From Candidatus Woesearchaeota archaeon (GTDB lineage: Archaea; Nanobdellota; Nanobdellia; CAZCWL01): a stretch of 43,732 nt of DNA. Positions 35,287 to 42,669 of this stretch are shown here, one piece after another (the first letter of the stretch is position 1; every line of letters begins with the position of its first letter). The notes below the pieces were generated by a model. It was not told the origin of the DNA and made no database searches. It saw nothing but the letters and a program-made list of their open reading frames with translations. A program made the translations under genes and the position numbers. The stretch is taken from assembly GCA_964502435.1 (NCBI GenBank), contig CAZCWL010000002.1, positions 1-43,732 on the forward strand, in the 5' to 3' direction.

Positions 35287-35592
35287 ATGTTTCTATTTAT
35301 AAAGTTTATGGATATTTGGGATCTATTGGGTTGTGAGACAAGGAGGAGAATCATCAAGATTGTGATAAATGGACCTAAGTATAAAACAGAGATAGCTAGA
35401 ATTCTTGACATTGGACAGAAAGCCATTAATGAACATCTTGAGTTGCTGAAAAAGTTTGGATTTCTGTCTGAGTTTGTTGAGAGGCAAGATAGAGGTAGGC
35501 CGAGAATATATTATACAATACCTGACGAGATAAAGTCAATTATAGAAGACATGGAGAGAATGATAAAGAAACTTAACCGAACAAGGATTTGA
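35287..35592 (+). CDS. ArsR-family wHTH transcriptional regulator (HSR1/Phr-like heat-shock regulator candidate)
   Basis: 101 aa, or 94 aa if the leaderless start at the ATG 35308 (MDIWDLLGCETRRRII...) is used. ETRRRIIKIV..PKYKTEIARILDIGQKAINEHLELLKKFGFL is an ArsR-type HTH. Divergent from hsp20-cdc48. Confidence 0.72.
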   Translation: MFLFIKFMDIWDLLGCETRRRIIKIVINGPKYKTEIARILDIGQKAINEHLELLKKFGFLSEFVERQDRGRPRIYYTIPDEIKSIIEDMERMIKKLNRTRI

Positions 35593-36736
35593 TCCATTCG
35601 ATTATGGAGATTATAATCTCTTTGATTCTATTTATTATGTCTGATACTCCTGTTGCTCTTCCTGTTATTGGTGGGACATTTGTTTCGTTTGGTTTTTCTT
35701 CAGTGACGTTGCTAACAGGTTTAGCTGTCTGGTTTTCTTTTGGCTGTTCTTTGTGCTGTGGTTGTTCTTTTGCTTCATTTTTGGTAGCATCACTTGCTGT
35801 TGAATTCACTTGATCTCTTTCCACATTAATGCTGTTGTCGTTCCCATAGATGTAAACAGCATCTTCATCTGTACGACAGGTTATACAGTTCACAGCATTA
35901 TCAATAGTATTTATTACACTACCGTCACTACTAATTTCTATAGCATCTCTATAACCAGTGACGTTATTATTCTTTAAGTCCAGCCTGCTGTTTTCAGTTA
36001 TTATCTTAATGCCGTGGCTTTCGCTGAAAATTGTGTTATTCTCTAGGCTAACAGTAATATTGTCGCTCCATAGTCCAACAGCCCATTGGTTACTACCAGT
36101 ACAGTTTATTCTGTTGTTTATGATGGTGAAATGATTGTAATCACCACTAGATGATATTGCGTATCCGTACGTTGTTATGTTATTGTTTTCCACGCTAATT
36201 ATGCCATTACTTAATGGAATATATACACCCTCCCAATAGTTACTGATGTTGTTCTCTTTTATAGTTGCATTCAAGTAATCTCCATTCAGCCAAATGCTAG
36301 TAGAGTAATAGTCCTGGTTTCCTTTCATTGTGTTGCCTATAATTTCGACGGTTACAGTGCCAGAATAAGTTTTGATACCATCAAAATCGCTTAAAATAGT
36401 ATTGTTTATGATTTTTATAGTGTTTGAGTGATTGCCAGTGTATATAGTGTCTACGAGGATAGGTACTTCTCCACTGATGTTACAATTCTTTACAGTTACG
36501 TTCACTCCTTTAATGTAAAGTCCGTATGCTGTGTAGTTGTACAGTTTATATCCAGCGCAGTCAAGGACCACATTTGTTCCGTTTATGATTATTCCTTGCG
36601 ATCCATTGCAGTTTAGATCGCCGGTAAGTGTTGTTGAGTTTGTTATAGTTGAGTTACATGTGATAGAGAATGAGAATGAGAAAATGAGCCAGAAAACCCC
36701 CACAAGAAGTAGAGTTTGCAGAGCAATATTCCTCAT
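35573..36736 (-). CDS. secreted right-handed beta-helix (PbH1/NosD-like repeat) protein
   Basis: 387 aa. Signal-like N-terminus MRNIALQTLLLVGVFWLIFSFSFS. Repeated ~22-aa N/I/T/G-rich turns (NNTI.., NNNIT.., NNRIN.., ENNTI.., KNNNVT..). K/E/Q/P-rich linker and an amphipathic C-terminal helix. Confidence 0.68.
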   Translation of the reverse strand: MRNIALQTLLLVGVFWLIFSFSFSITCNSTITNSTTLTGDLNCNGSQGIIINGTNVVLDCAGYKLYNYTAYGLYIKGVNVTVKNCNISGEVPILVDTIYTGNHSNTIKIINNTILSDFDGIKTYSGTVTVEIIGNTMKGNQDYYSTSIWLNGDYLNATIKENNISNYWEGVYIPLSNGIISVENNNITTYGYAISSSGDYNHFTIINNRINCTGSNQWAVGLWSDNITVSLENNTIFSESHGIKIITENSRLDLKNNNVTGYRDAIEISSDGSVINTIDNAVNCITCRTDEDAVYIYGNDNSINVERDQVNSTASDATKNEAKEQPQHKEQPKENQTAKPVSNVTEEKPNETNVPPITGRATGVSDIINRIKEIIISIIEWIKSLFG

Positions 36737-36795
36737 GCCAACCCCCTTGACTTTTCAATATGGTTCGGATTTAAATATTTTTCTTGGTGGTAGAA

Positions 36796-37215
36796 ATGTT
36801 TTTAAATCAGGCTATGAACGTTTTAACTATGAGTGGATTAGATATACCTATAAATAACTTTGTGAAGGAACTGTTAAAGCGAGGTAAGCTAGATGATATT
36901 ATAAGTTATCCTGACGTAGTTAAACAGATGTCTCATGGACTTGCACATTTAATTGAGGATGAAAATTTTGATAATGTAATAGCTTATGGTCCGCTTGCTA
37001 CACCGTTTGCTGCTAATGTAGCTGAATATTTAGACAAACGTTTGCTGATCTTGAGATTAGGTTCTTTGGTTGGTGAGCCAGCAGGAGAAAATTCGATTGT
37101 TATTTATTTTAAAGATGGGGACTTTAAGATTATTCCAGAGCAGATGAATATTGTTGGATATTATTATATTTTCTCAAGGTATCATTCAAAGAAGGCTGTT
37201 TTCTATCTTGAGTAA
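36796..37215 (+). CDS. hypothetical protein (weak resemblance to the N-terminal half of phosphoribosyltransferase-like proteins)
   Basis: The track ORF starts at TTG 36784, and the first ATG is at 36796. NVIAYGPLATPFAANVAEYLDKRLLIL resembles a PRT-fold helix-strand, but I see no PRPP-binding loop. Confidence 0.35.
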   Translation: MFLNQAMNVLTMSGLDIPINNFVKELLKRGKLDDIISYPDVVKQMSHGLAHLIEDENFDNVIAYGPLATPFAANVAEYLDKRLLILRLGSLVGEPAGENSIVIYFKDGDFKIIPEQMNIVGYYYIFSRYHSKKAVFYLE

Positions 37216-37248
37216 GGTTTATAAGATAATAATTAGAACTAATAAATA

Positions 37249-37340
37249 CCCGCGGTAGCTCAACTGGTAGAGCGCCCGGCTGTAGGTTGATTGACCGAGC
37301 GGTCACCGGGAGGTTGCTGGTTCGAGTCCGGCCCGCGGGA
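37249..37340 (+). tRNA. tRNA-Tyr (anticodon GTA) with a 19-nt intron at the canonical 37/38 position
   Basis: Acceptor CCCGCGG/CCGCGGG (the C1-G72 pair typical of archaeal tRNA-Tyr), discriminator A, D arm GCTC-AACTGGTA-GAGC, anticodon stem CCCGG/CCGGG, T arm GCTGG-TTCGAGT-CCGGC. There are 26 nt between the anticodon-stem halves: loop CTGTAG..A plus the intron 37286-37304. A bulge-helix-bulge structure can be drawn: CTGT pairs with GCGG, flanked by the 3-nt bulges AG|G and TC|A. Confidence 0.85.
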
Positions 37341-37598
37341 CTTCTTGATTTTGGAGAGTGCTGAATTAATCCTTTTTATCAGTTCTTTCTTTGGCAGCAC
37401 TCCAACAATTCTGTCGTACTCCTTGTCATTTTTTATTATTATTGTCGGGAACGTTAAAACATCATTTTCTAGTGCTTCCTTTTCATCCCTGACAACTCTT
37501 GTTATGCCAATTTCTTCTTTTATACCCTCTAGCATAGCACATGCTTTTGATCCTTCTTTTGAGAATAATATGACTTCCATAGCATTAATTACCGGCAT
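37260..37598 (-). CDS. thioredoxin/glutaredoxin-fold protein without a CxxC motif; C-terminal 26 codons run antisense through the tRNA-Tyr gene
   Basis: The segment VILFSKEGSKACAML...VLTFPTIII...IVGVLPKKELIKRI has the beta-alpha-beta layout and cis-Pro (TFPT) pattern of the thioredoxin fold. After residue ~86 the composition switches to G/P/R/S/Q, where the frame reads through the tRNA before reaching a stop codon. Confidence 0.55.
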   Translation of the reverse strand: MPVINAMEVILFSKEGSKACAMLEGIKEEIGITRVVRDEKEALENDVLTFPTIIIKNDKEYDRIVGVLPKKELIKRINSALSKIKKSRGPDSNQQPPGDRSVNQPTAGRSTS

Positions 37599-37651
37599 GG
37601 TTTTAAATGCTTATCCATAACCTTAAAATATAATTACTGTAACTTGAAACC

Positions 37652-38890
37652 ATGCTTAAACCTTCAGAGATAATAAAGTATTATACGAATGATGAGGTTA
37701 GGCACAGAATTGTTGAGTTTGCTACGAACAGGGAAGTGGTTGGTAGATACCTTAATGGAAGCTATTCTAAGCGTCCTGGTGTGCTTATGTATGACACTGA
37801 TATTCTGGAGATGGTTAAAAAGGGTGTTTCTTCTTTTCATGCTTCTTTGGAGCGGTGGACTCAACCTCTACTGCTAGCAACTGTGGACAAAAAGGAGTTG
37901 AGTCAAATAAAGTTAGGTTGGGATCTAATCATTGACATAGACTGTCCTATCTTAGATTACTCTCGAGAAGCTGCTTTTCTACTCAAGGAAGCATTAGAGT
38001 TTCATGACATAAAACATTATGGTGTTAAATTCTCAGGCAATACAGGATTCCATTTTATTATCCCTTTTGAATCCTTTCCTGAGATGATTGGAGACGCAGA
38101 AACTCGTTTGCTCTTCCCTGATGCAGCAAGAGTGATCCTTGCTTACTTAAGGGAGATGATGAAGGATCATCTTCGAGAGTACTTACTTGATATTGACTCT
38201 GTTGACTCTATAGCTAAAAATTTACATAAAGATGTTAAGGACATACTAGCTAATGGTGTGTTAGATCCATTTAAAGTTGTGGAGTTTGATCCTGTGGCTA
38301 TCTCCCCTAGGCATCTTGTTAGGATGCCTTATGTGTTCAATGAGAAGTCAGGGTTGATATCCATACCAATTGATCCTTCTAGAATTAAAACATTTTCATT
38401 AGAAGAGGCTAGGCCTGAGAATGTTGATCCAAGCAAATCATTTATGCCAAAGGTTGAGAAGAATGAGGCTAAGGAGTTGTTTCTTCAGGCATTTTCACTT
38501 GATAGAAAAGAACAGGAACCATCTGGTTCTGTGATTAATATAGATAAGGAGATCCCACTTGAGTCGTTTCCACCTTGTATACGGAACATTCTTAATGGTT
38601 TAGAGGATGGACGAAAGAGAGGTTTATTCCTGCTTATAAACTTCCTTCACGCTGTTAAGTGGCCAGAATCAAAAATAAAACAGACAGTCTTAGAGTGGAA
38701 TAAGAAGAATAAGGAACCACTTAGTAACGCTTATATAACCTCTCAGTTGAATTACTATAAAACACATAGTTATATGCCACCTAACTGTGATAATCCAATA
38801 TACAAAAATATAAATGTATGTACCCCTGATGATACTTGTAAGATAATAAAAAACCCTTTAAGTTATGCTGTTAAGAGGCGTAGAAAATGA
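37652..38890 (+). CDS. priS: DNA primase: catalytic PriS domain fused to a PriL C-terminal-domain-like 4-Cys module
   Basis: 412 aa. Catalytic LIIDIDCP (DxD), GVKFSGNTGFHFIIPF, RMPY. C-terminal ~110 aa: SFPPCIRNILNGL..GRKRGLFLLINFL..., then PPNCD, NVCTPDDTC, giving four Cys residues at 309, 379, 390 and 396. Confidence 0.82.
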   Translation: MLKPSEIIKYYTNDEVRHRIVEFATNREVVGRYLNGSYSKRPGVLMYDTDILEMVKKGVSSFHASLERWTQPLLLATVDKKELSQIKLGWDLIIDIDCPILDYSREAAFLLKEALEFHDIKHYGVKFSGNTGFHFIIPFESFPEMIGDAETRLLFPDAARVILAYLREMMKDHLREYLLDIDSVDSIAKNLHKDVKDILANGVLDPFKVVEFDPVAISPRHLVRMPYVFNEKSGLISIPIDPSRIKTFSLEEARPENVDPSKSFMPKVEKNEAKELFLQAFSLDRKEQEPSGSVINIDKEIPLESFPPCIRNILNGLEDGRKRGLFLLINFLHAVKWPESKIKQTVLEWNKKNKEPLSNAYITSQLNYYKTHSYMPPNCDNPIYKNINVCTPDDTCKIIKNPLSYAVKRRRK

Positions 38891-39411
38891 TTACGTATGC
38901 TGATCTTAGGAAGGTAAAGTCAAAGGAGAAGGAGAGTAAATCACTACAGAAGCTTAGCGCTGACTTTTTTGTTAGTGTTAAGCAGTTTCTCGATGAGAAA
39001 GAGAAATTTCTTGAGAAGGTAGCAGACAAGAAAGACAATTTGTTCTCTAGGCAGACAAGGGAAAAAGTCAAAAGGGAAATAGCTAACATAAAAGCCATGA
39101 TTAGGGACATAGTGAGTAAACGTGAGCAGAAAATACTAACTAAGGCTATGCTTGATTCTAGAGTTGAGAGTAAGGATTATAAAAATATGTTAGAGCCAGA
39201 GAGGGAACTTTACGACAAGGTTTATGAAGTTCTGTTGGGTTTCAGGCAAAAGGTAATGAATGGCGATAAGCGCGTCGTATTTTTAGACGATGTTCCAAAA
39301 TTTGTTTGGCAGGATTCTGAGTTTGGCCCATTTAAAAAGGGTGAGCGTGCGTTGCTACCGCTTAAAGTTGCCAAAATACTTATAAATAGTAAAAAAGCTA
39401 AAGAAGAGTAG
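38887..39411 (+). CDS. GINS subunit (Gins51/Gins15-like)
   Basis: 174 aa. N-terminal helical part ITYADLRKV...ESKSLQKLSADFF. C-terminal beta part RVVFLDDVPKFVWQDSEFGPFKKGERALLPLKVAKILI. Its ATG overlaps the primase TGA. A priS-gins15 neighbourhood is known in archaea. Confidence 0.6.
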   Translation: MITYADLRKVKSKEKESKSLQKLSADFFVSVKQFLDEKEKFLEKVADKKDNLFSRQTREKVKREIANIKAMIRDIVSKREQKILTKAMLDSRVESKDYKNMLEPERELYDKVYEVLLGFRQKVMNGDKRVVFLDDVPKFVWQDSEFGPFKKGERALLPLKVAKILINSKKAKEE

Positions 39412-39420
39412 TGATGTTGT

Positions 39421-39708
39421 ATGAAGGTGCCTAAGACAATTAAAACATACTGTAAGCATTGTAAAAAACACACGGAGCATAAAGTTACTCAACTCAAAGG
39501 GTCTAGAAGAGGTGTTTTAGGTAAAGGTAGAAGGAAATTGAAGAAGTTGGAGAAGGGTTATGGCGGTTCACCTTATCCAAAGTATGAGAAAGCTTCGCGT
39601 GTTGGCGTAAAGGTTACGAAGAAGGCAGCTTTCAAACTCACATGTAAAGTATGTGGTAAGTCTGTAACACGCGAAGGTATAAGATTAAAAAAGGTTGAGA
39701 TGGTGTGA
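39421..39708 (+). CDS. rpl44e: 50S ribosomal protein L44e (eL42)
   Basis: 95 aa. MKVPKTIKTYCKHCKKHTEHKV...CKVCGK zinc motif. Confidence 0.93.
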   Translation: MKVPKTIKTYCKHCKKHTEHKVTQLKGSRRGVLGKGRRKLKKLEKGYGGSPYPKYEKASRVGVKVTKKAAFKLTCKVCGKSVTREGIRLKKVEMV

Positions 39709-39890
39709 TTGCAATGATAGAAGCTACTTCAAAATTTTTGAAGGTACGTTGTTCTAAATGTAAAAATGAGCAGTACATATTTGGCAAGGCCTCAACAGTT
39801 GTCAAATGCTTAAAATGTGGGAATGTTCTTGCTGTTCCTCGTGGTGGAAAGGCAAAGATAAAGACGAGAATTCTAGAAGTTTTAGGTTAG
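39705..39890 (+). CDS. rps27e: 30S ribosomal protein S27e
   Basis: C4 ribbon CSKCKNEQYIF...CLKCGNVLAVPRGGKA. The track start is GTG at 39705, and an ATG at 39714 is the alternative start. Confidence 0.92.
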   Translation: MIAMIEATSKFLKVRCSKCKNEQYIFGKASTVVKCLKCGNVLAVPRGGKAKIKTRILEVLG

Positions 39891-39924
39891 AAACGTTTAT
39901 AAGTTTACGTTCTTTTTAGTTCTC

Positions 39925-40656
39925 ATGATTAGGAAAGGTTTGCCTGCAGAAGGGGAATTAGTTGTAGCGAAGGTTAAAAAGGTTACTCCTTACAGTGCTT
40001 TTGCAGATATGTTAGAGTATGATGGGGAGATTATGATACATATTTCTGAAGTTTCTTCGACATGGGTTAAGAACATAAACAAGTTCCTTCATCAGGGAGA
40101 GATTATTGTGGCCAGAATAGTTAAGGTTGATCCAGAGAAAGGGTATGTAGATGCTTCTATACGAAGGGTCTCTAGTGGGGAGAAAAAAAGGAGAATGAAT
40201 CAGTACAAGGTTGATGTTAAAATGGAGAGATTGTTGGAGATGTTAGGCAAGAAGTATAATAAGTCACTTGATCAGATGTACAAAGAGTTAGGCAATGAGA
40301 TTATTAATAAGTACGGGTCTTTTTACGATTTTTATGTTGAGATAAGAGAGAAAGGGGAGGCGGCACTTAAGCCAATTAAGTCACCACTGAAGAAGGAGTT
40401 TTATGACCTAATAAAGGAGCAAGTCAAAACTAACAAGTTAGTTATGAAGAGAACAGTAGAAGTTAAGAGTTATGAGCCGAATGGTGTTGATGTGGTGAAA
40501 AAGGAGTTGTCTAAGCTCAAGTCTAAGTACGGGGCAAAAATATACACAATAGGGCCCCCAAGGTACGTTGTGGAGATCCAAGTTGATAGTTATAAAGAAG
40601 GAGAAAAGATTTTTTCGAAGATGTTTAAGTCTGATATGATAAAGGTGGTTGAATGA
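39925..40656 (+). CDS. eif2a: translation initiation factor aIF-2 alpha subunit
   Basis: 243 aa. N-terminal S1 domain PAEGELVVAKVKKVTPYSAFADMLEY...GEIMIHISEVS. Lies in the conserved L44e-S27e-aIF2alpha-Nop10 gene order. Confidence 0.92.
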   Translation: MIRKGLPAEGELVVAKVKKVTPYSAFADMLEYDGEIMIHISEVSSTWVKNINKFLHQGEIIVARIVKVDPEKGYVDASIRRVSSGEKKRRMNQYKVDVKMERLLEMLGKKYNKSLDQMYKELGNEIINKYGSFYDFYVEIREKGEAALKPIKSPLKKEFYDLIKEQVKTNKLVMKRTVEVKSYEPNGVDVVKKELSKLKSKYGAKIYTIGPPRYVVEIQVDSYKEGEKIFSKMFKSDMIKVVE

Positions 40657-40802
40657 TTAGGAAATGTGTAGTGTGCGGGCAGTATACGTTGTTAGATAAG
40701 CATTGTGGTAGGGACACAAATGTTGTTGATCCTCCAAGGTACTCAGAGAGGGCTGTGTCTATGACAAAGTACCGCTTGAGGTCGAGAGGGTGGTTAGGAT
40801 GA
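40653..40802 (+). CDS. nop10: H/ACA RNP protein Nop10 (49 aa; not in the supplied ORF track)
   Basis: My own translation is MIRKCVVCGQYTLLDKHCGRDTNVVDPPRYSERAVSMTKYRLRSRGWLG, showing a zinc-ribbon CxxC...HC and the PPR(F/Y)S...YR motif. Its ATG overlaps the aIF2alpha TGA, and its TGA overlaps the next ATG. Confidence 0.85.
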   Translation: MIRKCVVCGQYTLLDKHCGRDTNVVDPPRYSERAVSMTKYRLRSRGWLG

Positions 40803-41542
40803 AGTTTATTGAGAAACAAATTAAGAGGGTCACATTGAAGAGTCCTATAATCATTCAAGGCTTACCAGGAATAGGTAATGTTGGTAGACTAGCTGTTGAT
40901 TACCTTATAGACGAGACTGATGCTGTTCTATTTAAGGAGATCTATTCGAGTTCGTTCCCGAACTCTGTTTTTGTTAATGCAGATTCTACAGTGAGTTTAC
41001 CATCACTTAGGTTTTATCATAGGAGAATAAAGTCGAAGGATTATGTATTTATTATGGGGGATGCTCAACCGACTGAGGAAGAGAAGAGTTTTGAGTTGAG
41101 TGAGAAGATAGTTGAGACAGCAAAGAAGTGGGGTGCTAGGCTGATCATCACGATTGGTGGCATTGGATTGAGAGCTGAGCCGTCGAAGCCGAAGGTTCAT
41201 GCTGTGGTTAGTGACCCTAAAATGAAAAAGCAGTTAAAGAATTACGTTATTCTGGATGGAGATAAAACTGTTGGTTTTATAGTTGGTGCTAATGGACTTG
41301 TTGTTGGTTTAGCATCTCTTGCTAAGCTAAAGGCTATTGCTTTACTTTCTGAGACGTTTGCTCATCCTGAGCATTTTGGCATAAATGCTGCTCTATCCGC
41401 TTTGGAGGTAGTCAATAGTATTACTGGGTTGAACATAGAGTTAAATAGGTTAAAGAGTGAGGTTAAGAGCTTGAAAAGGAGAGCTAAGAAGGTAGCTCAA
41501 ATGGAAGAGTCTTCCCCTGAAGAAATGAGTTACATTGGATGA
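40799..41542 (+). CDS. PAC2-family proteasome assembly chaperone (PbaA/DUF75-like)
   Basis: The track start at 40790 is GTG, and there is an ATG at 40799. IIIQGLPGIGNVGRLAVDYLI and GGIG... are typical PAC2 motifs. The position after nop10 is conserved. Confidence 0.72.
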   Translation: MKFIEKQIKRVTLKSPIIIQGLPGIGNVGRLAVDYLIDETDAVLFKEIYSSSFPNSVFVNADSTVSLPSLRFYHRRIKSKDYVFIMGDAQPTEEEKSFELSEKIVETAKKWGARLIITIGGIGLRAEPSKPKVHAVVSDPKMKKQLKNYVILDGDKTVGFIVGANGLVVGLASLAKLKAIALLSETFAHPEHFGINAALSALEVVNSITGLNIELNRLKSEVKSLKRRAKKVAQMEESSPEEMSYIG

Positions 41543-42669
41543 TGATACGTGTTGATCTACATATCCATAGTAAATATTCACGCGCTACATCCCCAAACAT
41601 GGATTTAAAGCATATTGCGTACTATGCTAAGCTGAAAGGTATAGACCTAATTGGAACAGGGGATTTTACGCATCCTAAATGGTTTATTACACTGAAGAAA
41701 AAACTTGTTCGAGAAGGGTTCTATATGTACAATGGCGTACACTTTGTTCCTAGTGTTGAGATTGCAACTATGGGAAAACACAGAGTTCATCATCTAATAA
41801 TTGCTGAGGATTTAGACGCAGCTTACCAGATAACTGAGCTTTTAGTTAAAAAAGGAGTTAATGTCAAATCTGACGGTAGGCCAATGACAGGTATGTCCCC
41901 ACCAGAGCTTGTTGACATTGTTCACAATGTTTCTGAGCGGAATCTTGTGATACCTGCTCATGTCTGGACCCCTTGGTTTGGTTTGTTTGGCTCAAAGTCA
42001 GGATTTGATAGAATAGAAGACTGTTATAAAGACATGACAAGTAAGATAGTTGCGTTGGAGACAGGGTTGTCTTCTGATCCTGCTATGAACTGGATGGTGT
42101 CTTCACTAGATCAGTTCACACTTGTTTCGAATTCTGATGCTCATTCACCCGAGAGTTTAGGTAGAGAAATGAATCTTGTTGAAGCTCATGATTACAAATC
42201 TCTTTACAATGCAATAGTTCATAAGAGGGTAACTACAATTGAAGTTGATCCAGCATTTGGCAAGTATCACTTTGACGGCCACAGGAAATGCAATGTAAGA
42301 GTTCACCCTGGAGAAGGTGTTACATTGTGTCCTGTTTGTGGGAAACCATTGACCATAGGTGTTTTACATAGGGTTTACGATCTTGCAGATAGGGAGTATG
42401 GTTTTAAGCCGGCTGGTGCACAGCCTTATTACAAGCTTATACCTCTTAAACATATACTTTCTGCTGTTCTTGGAGTAGGTGTGAACACAAAAACGGTTGA
42501 TAGAGCGTACACAGACATGATAAGAAGGTATGGAGACGAGTATAGCATTTTACTCAACCCACCTACTACTGGTAATTCTAAGCTTGACAACGTTTTAAAG
42601 GCGAATAGGGAAGGATCTCTGAATGTTGTCCCTGGATATGATGGGGTTTTTGGGAAACTATCCTTGTAA
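41539..42669 (+). CDS. endoQ: PHP-domain endonuclease Q (EndoQ)-like protein
   Basis: 376 aa. DLHIHSKYSRATS, GTGDFTHPKW, HHLII, PAHVWTPWFGLFG, LETGLSSDP, SNSDAHSPESLGRE, GKYHFDGHRKC, zinc motif CPVCGKPLTIGVLHRV, VVPGYDGVFG. This matches my memory of Pyrococcus EndoQ. Confidence 0.72.
   Translation: MMIRVDLHIHSKYSRATSPNMDLKHIAYYAKLKGIDLIGTGDFTHPKWFITLKKKLVREGFYMYNGVHFVPSVEIATMGKHRVHHLIIAEDLDAAYQITELLVKKGVNVKSDGRPMTGMSPPELVDIVHNVSERNLVIPAHVWTPWFGLFGSKSGFDRIEDCYKDMTSKIVALETGLSSDPAMNWMVSSLDQFTLVSNSDAHSPESLGREMNLVEAHDYKSLYNAIVHKRVTTIEVDPAFGKYHFDGHRKCNVRVHPGEGVTLCPVCGKPLTIGVLHRVYDLADREYGFKPAGAQPYYKLIPLKHILSAVLGVGVNTKTVDRAYTDMIRRYGDEYSILLNPPTTGNSKLDNVLKANREGSLNVVPGYDGVFGKLSL

Noticed and set aside
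37291-37620. 109-aa plus-strand ORF starting inside tRNA-Tyr.
   Set aside because: It begins within the tRNA gene and is S/F/I-rich. The opposite-strand frame has a thioredoxin-fold pattern, so I kept the minus-strand call, with moderate confidence only.
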